NCBI GenBank assembly: GCA_964270895.1
Contig: OZ185439.1
Direction: 5' to 3' (one strand)
Length of the DNA stretch: 64,000 bases
Origin: Podarcis filfolensis
Lineage: Eukaryota
Shown here: in pieces, positions 9,649-21,461 of the stretch
Layout of the letters: each line of letters begins with the position of its first letter
Position numbering within the stretch: position 1 is the stretch's first letter
Program-made: the position numbers and the translations under genes
The notes under the pieces: generated by a model
What the model saw: only the letters and a program-made list of their open reading frames with translations
Told to the model about the DNA's origin: nothing
Databases searched by the model: none

Positions 9649-10120
9649 TTTTCAGATACTCCGCTCCTAACCGGGCTTACGATCCTTTCACACACCAACC
9701 ACTACAGGCTGTGACTTAGCGAACTCGCGTTGCTAAGAAATGCACAGCCCTGCAATCGCTCGGCCAAGGGGACGCTAAGCCCCGGCCCACACTTGACAAT
9801 TCAACCACTGGAGTATCTGACATGCAACATACAAAACACACCCCAATATAATTCCAACATGCAACACACAAAACACACCAAAATAATTTTCCCTCTGTTT
9901 CCCCTTTCCCCAACCTTACTGGCGGCACTCTACTGCCACCTCTGTTTCCCCTTTTCCCTTTTCCCTGTCTGGCGGGGCGGCACCTTATTGCCACGGCCAG
10001 TTCCTTTGTTCCTTTTCTGGCGGCACTCTACTGCTCACAGCCAGACCCTTTCCTGGCGGCACTTTACTGCTCACAGCCAGGTGAAGCTGATTAGGCTTCG
10101 TCCCTTGCCCTTCCCTTAGG

Positions 10121-10130
10121 GCTTACCTGC
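10121..10130 (-). promoter_or_regulatory. Candidate major splice donor
   Basis: GCAG|GTAAGC (GT at 10126-10125) between PBS and gag; an alternative donor CGG|GTGAGC lies at 10269-10268. Confidence 0.6.
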
Positions 10131-10316
10131 TCCGCTGCGGACCCCTCCTTCGGCCGTCCTCTTTTCTCTCCCGACTGGGTGTCTCGGCTCAGGCACAGCG
10201 TGGCGATCTCCCCCTACGAACTGGCAGGGTGCGCGCTGGAGATTGCGAGCGATGGTCCTGGTTGCTCACCCGGTCGAGTCTGGCCCCTCGGTCCACCTTT
10301 CGTGGGGTGGGGACCC

Positions 10317-10336
10317 ATCCCGGACACGAGCCCCCA
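10317..10336 (-). promoter_or_regulatory. Primer-binding site, tRNA-Pro type, with a 2-nt insertion
   Basis: TGGGGGCTCGTGTCCGGGAT versus canonical PBS-Pro TGGGGGCTCGTCCGGGAT, 3 nt after the 5' LTR. Confidence 0.9.
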
Positions 10337-10339
10337 AAA

Positions 10340-10913
10340 TGAAGCCTTAGATTAGCAGTACCCGGAGGTCCAGCGGTCCGCCAACCCCGTGGCCAGAGGG
10401 GAAAAACAATTCCAGAGACTTCTTGGTCAGAGAAAAGAGATTTATTGAGATCTGCGCAGAGGCAGCCAGTGGAGTCCTCTCCAAAGACTGGCTACAACGA
10501 TACAAGTAAACAAGCATTTTTATACCTGAGAGCATGTCCATCTCCCCAATTCCCTCCAATCAGCTGGCAAGGTTAAGCTTATTTCCTTATATGGCATATG
10601 GCTATCTGACTAGCTAAGCCCCCCTCCTTCCCTTGTTCGTGTGCTCCTCTCTTGCGTTACTGCAATAGGAAGCTGCAATAGGAAGCGTGTGCAGGAAGCG
10701 GCCCCCTTGTCCTGTCTGACCACATACGGTAAATAGATGCGGTTTCTGCTTAGCTGGCAAGCACAGGAAATGGTCTTGCTGCTGTTTGCTAGCAACTGCA
10801 AAGCAAGATTAAGAGAGGATTTACTGAATTTATTTCAAGTACAAGGTGCAGGGATTACTGATAGCAATCCCCTTCCTTAGGCACAAAGTGCAATCCCTAC
10901 ACCTCTCCCTTCA
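10340..10913 (-). repeat. 5' LTR (574 bp)
   Basis: Apparently identical to 4861-5434. TATA box at 10524-10518, AATAAA at 10446-10441; followed by the PBS on the minus strand. Confidence 0.97.
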
Positions 10914-10918
10914 GGAAC
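10914..10918. repeat. Right target-site duplication GGAAC
   Basis: Matches 4856-4860. Confidence 0.95.
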
Positions 10919-11364
10919 CACCTGTGCAGGAGTGCTCTCTCAGAGGAAGCCATTCAACCCTGCTGTGTCACTTCCTCTCCTTCCTTTCACGTTGCAGCAT
11001 TGGTAAGAGTGGTTCACGTTCTCTCTCCATGCTGTGGAGGCTAGCTCCTTAGGTACTCTGAGGCGCAGCTGGCTGGCTGATGGTGAAGAGTAGGAGTGAG
11101 CACGAGTGTCTCACTTTGAATAGGACTATGCTTCCTGCCTTCAGTAGGAGCACAGCAGGTAACTGCCCTTTCAGTCATCAGTTTGGTCATCAGTATTGCT
11201 TATGGCATTTGGGGCTTGCACAGGTGAGAAATCCACTAGCTGACCACGTAGGACTGGACATCAGGATGTTTATGTGCGAACATCAGTCTAAACCCCACGA
11301 ATGGCCAAGCAGGCCCACCATGTAGGCCTCACTATCAGAACATCTCCCCTTGCCCATATAGGTC

Positions 11365-11705
11365 CATACCCTCCAAGATTTCTCCAATGAAAATAGGGAC
11401 GACCCATTCCATAATGATAATTTTACTGTTTATACCCCACACATCTTATTGGTTTGCCCCAGTCACTCTGGGCAACTTCCAACATATATACAAACATAAT
11501 AAAACATTAAACATTAAAAAGCCTTCCCTATACAGGATTGCCTTCAGGCAGCTCAGGAGTCAAGTAACTCCATACCCTCCAACATTTTGACAATGGAAAT
11601 AGGGATGTCCTAAGGAAAAGTGGGACATTATGGGATCAAATCAGAAACTGGGATGGCTTCTCTAAATCAGGGACATTCCTGGAAAATAGGGACACTTTGA
11701 GGATT
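11365..11705. mobile_element. Degenerate hAT-like MITE pieces (CATACCCTCCAA...GGGAC family)
   Basis: CCATACCCTCCAA...AATAGGGA(C/T) starts twice (~11365, ~11570); an inverted relative lies at ~12990-13110. Confidence 0.5.
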
Positions 11706-11883
11706 TGTAGGTCTCACTGCCTAGATGTGCTTGTCGGTTGTGTGAGCCCAATTTTCCATCCTTGCAGTTTGGCTCCTTAGGTCCTACCATAACTTCTCCA
11801 TCTTTGTCTGTGTTGAATTCAGTTTTGGACCTGCCATCAGGTCATTTAGGCCTTGCCTGTGTCCTGCTCAGCCCTCCTTTGGC

Positions 11884-11884
<1 letters not shown>

Positions 11885-11919
<35 letters not shown>
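11885..11919. repeat. (AAT)n microsatellite
   Basis: Direct reading. Confidence 0.95.
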
Positions 11920-11920
<1 letters not shown>

Positions 11921-12169
11921 AGTCATACCTTGGGTTAAATATGCTTCGGGATGATTATTTTCGGGTTGCGCTCCACAGCGACCCAGAGGTAATGGAGCCG
12001 TTACTTCTGGGTTTCGCCGCTCGCATATGCGCAGACGCTCAAAATGACGTCATGAGCATGCGCGGAAGCGGCGAATTACGACCCGCAGACGCACGGACGC
12101 AGGTTGCGTTCGCTTCAGGATGTGAACAGGGCTCTGGAACAGATCCCATTCGCATCCAGAGTACCACTG
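11920..12169. mobile_element. Tc1/mariner (Tigger-like) MITE
   Basis: TA|CAGTCATACC ... GTACCACTG|TA imperfect terminal inverted repeats with TA TSD, sitting in an AAT run. Confidence 0.75.
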
Positions 12170-12481
12170 TAATAATAATTTATACCCCAGCCACTCTGCT
12201 CTGGGCGGCTTCCAGCAAAATATTAAAATACAGTAATTCATCAAATATTAAAAGCTTCCCTAAACAGGGCTGCCTTCAGATGTCTTCTGAAAGTCAGATA
12301 GTTGTTTATATCTTTGACATCTGTCATCCCAGCCTCTGTTAAAAACTAGGAGCTGAGCAGTTTTCTCCCCACAGGAGTCCCATTGCACTGATTTTCTGAA
12401 AGACATAGTGCTAAATCTCTCAGCACCACACCATGTTAGATGTGTATATTCACATTTATCAATCAGGTTTGGTACTCCAAT

Positions 12482-12610
12482 NNNNNNNNNNNNNNNNNNN
12501 NNNNNNNNNNNNNNNNNNNNNNNNNNNNNNNNNNNNNNNNNNNNNNNNNNNNNNNNNNNNNNNNNNNNNNNNNNNNNNNNNNNNNNNNNNNNNNNNNNNN
12601 NNNNNNNNNN
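12482..12610. other. Assembly gap (129 N)
   Basis: Run of N. Confidence 1.
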
Positions 12611-14202
12611 CACTGTGGTTTTGAAAAACCAGCCCCTCCCTGAAACAGTTCTTTACCCTGGGAGGGAAGCTTGGTTCTGGTGTCAACAGCAGTTTCTCTT
12701 CTGGGGTAAATAATAGCTTCAGGGAGGTTATTTCCATTGGAGCTATGGCAGGGCTAACTTTCTCCCCATGCCTTGCAGCCTTGATTCTTATTAGACTCCC
12801 TTGTGGCTCCAAAAAATACATGTTAAATCTGTTATTGTATTTTAAATATCATGTAGATTGGCCCTTGGTCCTTAAAAAAGTGTTAAGCAATCTTTCGCTT
12901 TTCTCCCGTTCTGTTCCTCCCCTGGAAAATCATTTAGACCAAAACTTTAATGTGTGAAGGGAATGACCAGGGTTCCACCTGCACTGGCAAACCCTCCAAT
13001 TTTCCCCTTTTTCCAGGGACAGTCCTGGATTTACAGAAGCTGTCCTAGCTTCTTATTTGACCCCAGAATGTCCCACGTTCCCGTAGGATGTCCCTATGTT
13101 GGAGGGTATGCATTGGCATTGGATATTTCTCTCAAGAGTCACCTGCTATGGGCTATGTGGCATTCCTTGTATCAAAAAGCAGCTGCTGTCCACCATTGTC
13201 TCACTAGAAGTTTGACCGTCTTTCAGCTGGAGACCTTTCGGTATTAATCAAGATGTAATGCATCAGTAAGGTAATGTAGTGTTAATTAATGCTCACTTGT
13301 AGATGATTATCATTACATATGTAATATCAAAATTAGTGGCACTTGGAAATATTCATCATCATGAATACATTAGACCTTTGAGATAAAAGGACTTAGTTAT
13401 AATGAAGTCAATGTTGCAGGTCATTTCCCACTACTCAGTAGAATCTATGTTGTAGTTAACCATCTAAAGAAACACCTTAAAAAGTAATTTATGTGCAAAA
13501 TTGAGGTTAGTAGACTGGTAAGGTCTGTGTCATGTGGAATTTTCACAGGTGCATTTGCTGCACCTTCAGTTTATTTGAGAATTCTCAGTGTTCCAGTGGA
13601 AAACACTGAAATACACTAATTCCTTTGATATTCATTAAAATAACATTAATCTTGATGAACTCTGCTGGTGTTAATGTTGATTTATTCTGAAACCTTCTAA
13701 TTAAAATAAATCAGATTCTATAATTAGCTAGAGGGGAAAATAGGCACTGACCTAGTTACTCTATGCTACACTATATAGTGAGTTTAAACTTGGAAATATT
13801 TTGTGGGATGAATTTAATAACAAGAAATGGTTTTAAGGATTGATCTGTAGAGGATAGGAGATTTTGTGCACCTCTTTGGCTGGAAGTACTAAAAAAATCA
13901 TTTCAACAATATACTTAGAAAGATGCAGCAGTGTTTTGTAGCAAATACATTTGTTTTACAGCAAATAAACTATTTTCCTAATGATTTGAGCCTAATGATT
14001 TGGATTGACTTAAGAAATTAGTAAATGCATTGGCTCTAGAGACACTGGAGTTTGTGATTGCTGCAACATACACACTGTAATTCCCAGGGGCTGAGAAATG
14101 TATATCCAGTTTTCATATTTCTCATGCTCCAGAGGGGGCCCTCAGGAGCTAGGGTCTCAGTCTCAGGAGGCATAAGCCTTTTACCAAAATATTCATCAAC
14201 AA

Positions 14203-14704
14203 TGACAGGGTTGCAAGTGCAGTGCATTCCAGAGAAACCAAGATCAAGTGTGGAGAATCGGTCTAGGTCCAAAATGTGATCCAGAAGCAGGGTCAGGCAA
14301 CAGTCCAAGGTCAACATCACAGGGAGTTCAGGCAAGGTGCAACACAACAAGGAAGGGAAACAAGAATCAGGATCAAGGAGCCAGAGACATGTGTTCTTTT
14401 CAGCAAATAGAAGGCTCAAGAGGGAGACCTTATGTTCTCTGGTTCCCTAGATCATACCCTAACTGTAGCTGCTAGTAGGGAAGGAGTTTCAGGAATTTCT
14501 TTCTGGGCCAGTAGATGTTGTTGCTCTTTAGCCCAGACTTGGACCTTTTGACATCAGCATTCTTGAGAAGGTTGGGGAGGGATGTTTTCCACCTCCTCTG
14601 ACAGCTCCAAGGGTTCTTTAGTGGGTCTCAACTTGATGGGCCTCTCAAGAGGATCCTTAGCATTGGTTCCAGGGGACCCTGCCCGCCCCTCTGTGTCCTT
14701 GACA
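14203..14704. mobile_element. Possible solo LTR (gypsy-like)
   Basis: TG...CA bounded ~500-bp segment containing short repeated CAGG/CAAGG units typical of vertebrate gypsy LTRs; no clear TSD. Confidence 0.35.
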
Positions 14705-14734
14705 TGTGAGGTAGTCGCATACTAGGTCAGGGTT

Positions 14735-14990
14735 AGGCATTTTATTAAAATATTTACATACTGCTCTTCATAATTTACAATAGCCATACATAAAAGCATA
14801 CAATAAAAACCATATTAAATGTGAAAATCAGAAACCAACTATTATGTACAGATGTTTTCTTAATTGTCTGCTTAAGCCTAGTGGAAGAGAAAGCTTTCAG
14901 CAGCCATTTAAAGGTTGAAACAAGGTGCCTGCTGAATCTGTATTGGCAGAGTATTCCACAGGACTGGAATATGAATTTTCTGCCAGAAAT
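14735..14990 (-). mobile_element. L2 LINE 3' fragment
   Basis: LWNTLP-type coding remnant and AT-rich tail on the minus strand; appears to continue at 16233-16460 beyond the L1 insertion. Confidence 0.6.
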
Positions 14991-14994
14991 GAGC

Positions 14995-16232
14995 ATATAA
15001 TATGAAGCATCATGTCTGTGCTGGTTGAAGGAATGGTTGTTATTGAAGAATTCGAAAGTATACGATAATATTTTTGGTTGGCATGCCTATTTGTGGTATG
15101 AAAAGGCAAAAGTACATAAAGGTTTCACAAACCATATAATTAGGAAAAATTTGTGTAGATTATGGGATAAATATAAAAACTTACTGGAGACCAAAATACC
15201 ACTTTGGCTTTAACCTTTGGAAATAGTAGTGAAAAATAAAAATATGATGGAGAGTTGGGCAACTTATAGAAATTTGCTAAGAGAGGAGGGTGGAGAATTT
15301 AAATTAAAAGAGTTTAAGGATTTATCTGGGTTGTTAACAACATGGTTACAATATGGCCTAGGACCCTCGTATCTACAGGACCGCCTCTCCTGGTATACCC
15401 CACGGAGGACCTTACGGTCTGCAAATAATAACATCTTGGAGATCCCGGGCCTCAGGGAGATTAAGCTAGCCTTGACCTTTTTGGCCTTGGCCCCGGCCTG
15501 GTGGAACACTTGTTTAAGAGCAAATTATATGAAAATGCTATATAGATGGTACCTAACACCTAGTAGTTTGACAAAAATGTATAAATCAAATTCGAAGCAG
15601 TGTTGGAAATGTAAAGAGAAAGAAGAAACCTTTTTTTTATGTGGTCTTCTAATAAGGTTAAAGCTTACTGGGAAATGATATATAATGAATTGAAAAAAGA
15701 TGTCTAAGATAACATTTGTTTAAAAAACAACAACCCCAGAAGCTTTTCTCTTGGGAATTATGGGATCAGAACTACCTAAGCAGTATAGAAATTCATTTAT
15801 GTACGAAACTACAGCTGCAAGAATGTTGTATGCCCAAAAATGGAAGGAAGAAGAAGTCCCGATGAAATTAATGGAGTATGCAGAAATGGCAAAACTTACC
15901 GGAAGAATAGGAACTCAAGATAAAAAGTTATTTAGAAAGGAATGGAAATGGTTTATTTGTACAAGCAAAGTGTAAACAGATTAAGACAGTGGCAGGATTA
16001 CTATAAAAACCTGCAGTTTAAAAAAAGGCATATGAGATACATATGGCAATAGATGAATAAAAAATAAATTAAGATAATTTGGAGTATGCAGGAAAGGATG
16101 AAAATAAATGTAAAGAACCACAGAAAGAGGGAGAAGGGAGTCAGAGTTTGAAATGTTAGAATTATATTTGAATAAGTGTTGAAATGCATATAAATAAAAA
16201 TTATTTTAAAAAATTAAAAAAAGAAAAAACAA
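14995..16232 (+). mobile_element. L1-clade LINE 3' fragment with poly(A) tail, containing an L2-like insert (~15350-15490)
   Basis: KMLYRWYLTP...CWKC..E..F (ORF2 C-terminal Cys motif), WKEEEVP..LMEYAEMAKLT and an A-rich tail at 16205-16232; internal GLGPSYLQDRL...APAWWN is L2-like. Confidence 0.8.
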
Positions 16233-16460
16233 ACAAGGCTCAATGGCAGCCCTACATAGAGTACACTGCAGTAATCCAGCCTCAAGATTACATGAATCAC
16301 AGTGGTTAGGCTATCCTTGTCCAGGAATGGCCATAACTGGCAAACCAGACCAAGCTGCTAAAAGGCACTTGTAGCCAAGGATTCTTGGGCTTGGAGTGAC
16401 AAAGTACCCCCAAACTGTGTACTTGCTTCTTCAGAGGGAGTGCAACCCCATTCAGAACAG
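16233..16460 (-). mobile_element. L2 LINE fragment
   Basis: Reverse complement resembles the L2 RT C-terminal region (RLDYC..LY.GLP). Confidence 0.6.
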
Positions 16461-17561
16461 GTTCAGTGACTATTTTCATAGGACTCAGCTCAGTGTTCTT
16501 AATTGGATATTTTCATTGTGCCTCAAAGTTTGCTTTCTTCATACCTGTTCTTCTCAGCAGCTGCTTGCTATAAAAACTGCATCATTATTGTCATTTTCAT
16601 TTCCTTCCTGTTCTTTAATTGGCAGGGAGTGGGATGCCATCACATCTCAGATCATATACCACCTGCTGTCCCAGCCACCGATTCAAACTGAAGGCAATCA
16701 GATTTGTCCTCTGAATTGGCTTTGTGACAATTTTACATCACAAGGCAGATTTTCACTAAGGACAGGAAACATCCCTCTCCGTCTCAGTTGGTATTGGGAA
16801 AAGAGGACAATGTGGCTATGGATAGCTACAGTGCTCCATTAGTGGGCTTTCACCAGCAGCAAGGTTGGATAGGTGAACGCTCTTCTTCTGTTCACAGGGC
16901 CCTCTCAAGAATCACCAAAATAAGTGCTCATTATTTAACTGAAAATAGATCTGCAAAGGGGGTATGTGTGGTGTGTTTTAGGTCAGCACTAGTTGGAACA
17001 AATGTAGGAACAAAAACAACCATATACATTTATCTTCGTTGTTAGAAGGCAACTACTGTTCTTTCACTGCACTGTCTGCCCTCTTTTCCATACTGTAGAT
17101 ACCTAGAAAAATCCATGAACATAACCATTGTTTGCATGAGTCATTCATTGTAGGGGATTGGTGGATGGATCCTGTTAGATATTTGCTGTAAAAAGATCTC
17201 TGAGATGCTAAAAAGAATTATCCATGACTGAACCCTTTCAGGAAAAAAAATCAGGTATTCCCTCTCTGTGATGTGTTTTAAGATTAATAGAGAGACCTCT
17301 GGATGGCTAGTGTTAGAATATCTTAGTGCTGGTAAAAAGTAATCAAAAAAGTGAGCTTTTCCATGGTCACAGTCCAACACAGAGCTTTGCATGTTTCAGC
17401 TCATCAATTTTATTGATTTTAAGTCCCTTAACTGTGGACTGAATGTATGTCCTGCAAGTATTCCTACAGATGTTTGCACCCTACAGATGCAAAATATTTA
17501 TTTGGAGCTGCAAATTCTCAATTGCAAATTCTTCCACTATGAATCTGCTCCCAACATGTGA

Positions 17562-17700
17562 CAGTGCCGGATTTAGGGTGGTTCTTCTGCACAGGGAGCC
17601 AAGCCAAGGGGCTGCAAAATTGCAAAGATCCATTGGGCGTACCAAATTTTGGCCTTCCACAAGGTGCCATATTATGAAAGATTACCAAAGTCCGCTCTGC
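17562..17700. mobile_element. hAT-like MITE
   Basis: CAGTGCCGGATTT ... AAGTCCGCTCTG imperfect terminal inverted repeats. Confidence 0.5.
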
Positions 17701-19640
17701 ATGTATGAACATGTATGAACAAATATCTCTTTTTAGCACAACTCTCTGCTACCTGATTCCCAATGAAATAGAATATTCTCACTGTGGTCTTTTTCAAATG
17801 ACGAGTGGAGTAGAAATCTGATTGAGCAAAACGCAGATGAAATATGGCATATACTAAAAGAAGCTTTTTCAGAGTTAGAAGAGGAGAAGCATGGAAAGTT
17901 AACTAGACATGCCCATTGATTAATGAAGAAATGAGTGTGTTGCAGATACTGTAGTTCCTTGTTGAATAAATGTGTTCACTTACTACTTTTGATAAAAAGC
18001 CCAGTAAAAACATTTCATTATTAAGACTGACTATTTCAAATAATCCCATACTTTCATGCATAGATGTAAAACATTTGTGGGAGCTCCGGAAGACCTTTAT
18101 TCCAGAGTTCTTAATACTTTAGTCCTGGATTCTTAAAGAGATGAAACCAGTAGAGTCTCTGTTCACAATCTCTTTCCTTCACCTCTTGGGGCCTATCTAT
18201 GTGCTATATTAAATGCATGTTTACTTTTAAAAAGAAGAATCGGGGAAGGGAATCAGTATTCGGGCTGTATTGTTTGTAGAGGAGAGTCAAAGTGCCAGGT
18301 TTATGCAGACAATTATGAAAATCATTTTCTATAGTAGCTGATGGTCTGTAACTTTAGATCTTTAGATCTCTATGTGGTCACCCACCTGCACACATTTATT
18401 GAAAACTGCTTTGATACTGGTTTTATGAAATTGTGGTACATATGAAATGCCCACGTCGGCATAAAAATAGCTCAAAAACAGCAAAAAAAGAGCCCAACAA
18501 CTTTTCTGTCTGGATTTTCACTGTTTGAAATATGACACCCCTACCCAGGAGGGAAGCTGCATTTGAAGGGATGGGTTTTAACTGGACAACAGAACAAAGG
18601 TTATATCCTACACATGCTTCAGTCCACGTTTGAACTCTTCTGGGGCTGCTTTGGGTTAAAACAATGTTGAGGTGGGTAAGTGCAGGGGTGATTGGGAAAT
18701 CTAAACTTCTCTGTTAAGAAGACTAGAGCTTCATCTCTTGGCCTAATGTGCAGATTGGATCACTGAATTATCCACTGACTTTTGCAATTCCACAATATCC
18801 CATTGTAGTTCTTGGCTAAAACAAAATTATTGAAATGCATATTCTGAGAGAGAACAAGTTCAAAATTCTCCAGAAGTTTGTCTAATTCTCTTTCATAGCC
18901 ATTCCCTATGTAGTGGGAAGTTGGCCATATATTTGATGAAGATAAGCATTAAAAGTCCTTGTTTTTTTTAATCCCTTTTCTCTTATGTGTGCATGTTTCT
19001 TTTCTCCCCCCCCCCCCAATAATAATAATATAAACTCTTCAGGGACAAAGTGTTCTTCCCAAGTGTCAAGCCATTCATTAACGATTGCTGATGCATTCAA
19101 TTGTAGATTTTCTTGAGGCCAAGGATTTGTCTTTCTAATGACTGCTTATGCAACCTCTTACAGCCACTGTTGTTGGTACAAGAAGTAGTGAAAAGAAGGG
19201 GTGAATGATTTCTGCTTCAACTTTTGTGCCTCTGGTGTTTTGTGGTGATGATGGAAGACTTTTAGTGTTTTTCCTATGCTGAGAAAAGAGAGTTGCAGCA
19301 TTGCATCTCATCAAAAAGAAGATGCCCACGTCCTATTCCCCCATGTTATTTTTTAAATGTTAAAAAGGGAAACATGAAACGCAAAAAATCACTTATGTTT
19401 TGCACCTTCTTTACATGCTTTTAATATGCAAGGCCTCTTTTATTTGAACAAATTACTTATTTAGAAGTGTTTTTCCTTAAGCAACTTACTTGTTTACCTT
19501 TTCGTGCATTCTTAACAAGTGTTGTACATTCTCTTGATGGCTGTTGTGAGTACTTCAGCACACAGCACCACTTGCTGTAGCATCACCTCTCAATCTTCCT
19601 TGTATTCAAGATCACTGTGACATCTTCGCACCTTCATCGC

Positions 19641-19712
19641 TTAGAGATGCAGAGGACCCAATGACACTTTGTGAGCCTCCACAATTCTCATTCTAGTGAG
19701 TGTGAAGATTTG
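19641..19712 (-). CDS. Candidate terminal coding exon of an unidentified host gene (QIFTLTRMRIVEAHKVSLGPLHL*)
   Basis: Strong acceptor TTATTTCATGTTCTTCTTAG; phase 0 matches the preceding candidate exon. Confidence 0.4.
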   Translation of the reverse strand, partial: QIFTLTRMRIVEAHKVSLGPLHL

Positions 19713-20492
19713 CTAAGAAGAACATGAAATAAGCAGTTTATACAACATATAGCTTGCATGCAAGGACATTGTTAGCTTGGGTGGTACTACAGCATCACAA
19801 CCCAGTTGTCCAAGACTCAGTTAATGTTAACAGCAAAGGAAAACATGTTATTTCATTATTTCCTCTCTCTTGCACAGCAGCAGCTGAAGAAAAAAACCAC
19901 ATTAAATGAAAAGAATATATTTTTTTCTATAAAGTGCCTTTCTTTCTAAGGAAGAACCCAGTTGCCCTGTAGCCCAGTGTTGTAGTGAACTGGAATTCAG
20001 CTCCTAACCATGTAATTAGTGGCAGGGACATATGAACCGGAATATTTAAAAGATTTGCACCAGTGTCTCTTGTGAAATACATTTAAATAATTTTTTCCAC
20101 TTCTAGTGCATTTTCAGAATTGATGCTGGTTTTATTATTGCCTTATTTATTTATTGTAAGCTGCCTCAAATGTGTTTTATACAGAAAGGTGGAATATAAA
20201 TTAATAAATCAAATAAACTAAGCTAAAACCAAGTATTCCAGCTTCTAGTAGCATTTATCCCAGCTGTTGTAGCTCTTGTTTCACAAGGATACAGCCAAAC
20301 ACTGAGTAGATTTTACCTGTCTTTACTTAGAAAAACATTAGCATATCCTTCAAGTTTATGTGACCAGACCACTGTTAATATCTAGGAAAGCTGGCTTTGA
20401 GGTTTGCTAAGGCTACCAGAATCTTTCAGGAGTTAATGCTGAGCTCTGGAACCTGAAGTCTCCTGCATAATACAGAAGCTGGGAATGCTTAC

Positions 20493-20560
20493 TCTGTATC
20501 TATAGAGGAAATAGTCTGTTGGCATGCTCAGGCTGCCTTCTACCCCAGCCTGGGTGGAAT
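20493..20560 (-). CDS. Candidate coding exon (DSTQAGVEGSLSMPTDYFLYRYR)
   Basis: Acceptor TTTTTATTTGTGTCTAG and donor AGA|GTAAGC; phase 1 to 0, compatible with both neighbours. Confidence 0.5.
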
Positions 20561-21351
20561 CTAGACACAAATAAAAAATTTAGTGAAAATGCTTTTTTTA
20601 AAAAAGTTTTGAAAAATATATATTGAATTTGCCATAGCTCACCATCATCATCTAGTGTCACATTTGTATAATGCACTTTACAACACACTTAAAACGTTTT
20701 ATTTGCAGCTTTATAGCTGAGACCCTGCATATTTTTGGAAATGTGGTTGGGGTTCTTCTGCATCTTCTGTGTGATCTTGTGATTCAGTGTGAGAACTCTG
20801 GAGAGCTGCTGTTTGTCATTGTAGAGCTGTAGATAAAACTGAGCTAGATATAGACCAGTGTTCTGACACAGGGTAATACAGCTTTCTGTGTGCATCTTTT
20901 AAAATTAAGGACATAGGGCTGGATTCAGCTAAGTAGGCGCAGTAGCTGGAAACAGCACAGTGGGTCCCAGCAGTGCAATGTGACTTCCCCCCTCTCTTCC
21001 TGCTCCATGCCCTCTCATAAGCTCTTGGGGATCGGGAGATCCCGTGGGGATTGGGAGCACGTGGGGAGGCAGAGAGAGGAACTCATTCCATCCGGCAAGC
21101 TGAAATGCTTGTGGTGACTGAACCATTGGAAGAGGACAACATTGAATTCTTCCTTTAATTGTCTATTAGAGAGCTACACACCCTGATGGCTAGGACAAAT
21201 GGATTTATTTCTTGTCTTCTAGTAATTATTTAATATCTGAAGAAGTGTGCATGCACACAAAAGCTGATACCAGAACATGCCTAGTTGGTATATAAGGTGC
21301 TACTGGAAATTTTTTTTTTTTGGACTGCATCAGACCAACACAGCTACCTAC

Positions 21352-21461
21352 CTGAATATTTAATTACTGCATGCCATGTACACTGGGATCCAGAGCACAA
21401 ACACATCTGCATGTATCCTGGGTTTCCCCATGCTTTCTCTGCTATTTTTGGAAGAAGGAAC
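21352..21461 (-). CDS. Candidate coding exon (FLLPKIAEKAWGNPGYMQMCLCSGSQCTWHAVIKYS)
   Basis: Acceptor CCTTTCAG and donor CAG|GTAGGT; only one frame is open (phase 2 to 1). Confidence 0.5.

Larger units (their letters stand above)
4861..10913 (-). mobile_element. Endogenous retrovirus, class I (gamma-like/ERV1), internally deleted non-autonomous provirus
   Basis: Paired LTRs with TG...CA ends, 5-bp TSD, tRNA-Pro-type PBS, PPT, and gag (MA, PPPY, CA remnants, one CCHC knuckle) followed by pol remnants (PR tail, RT ends, RNase H, IN) in retroviral order. Confidence 0.97.

Noticed and set aside
9716-10119. Leader ORFs (92 aa minus, 129 aa plus); considered as glyco-Gag-like
   Set aside because: The minus ORF is not continuous with gag and stops at 9716; both are low-complexity products of the repeat-rich leader.
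11941-12342. 133-aa ORF
   Set aside because: Lies in a GC-rich non-autonomous MITE; no transposase motifs.
12260-12821. ORFs crossing the N run
   Set aside because: Artefacts of the assembly gap.
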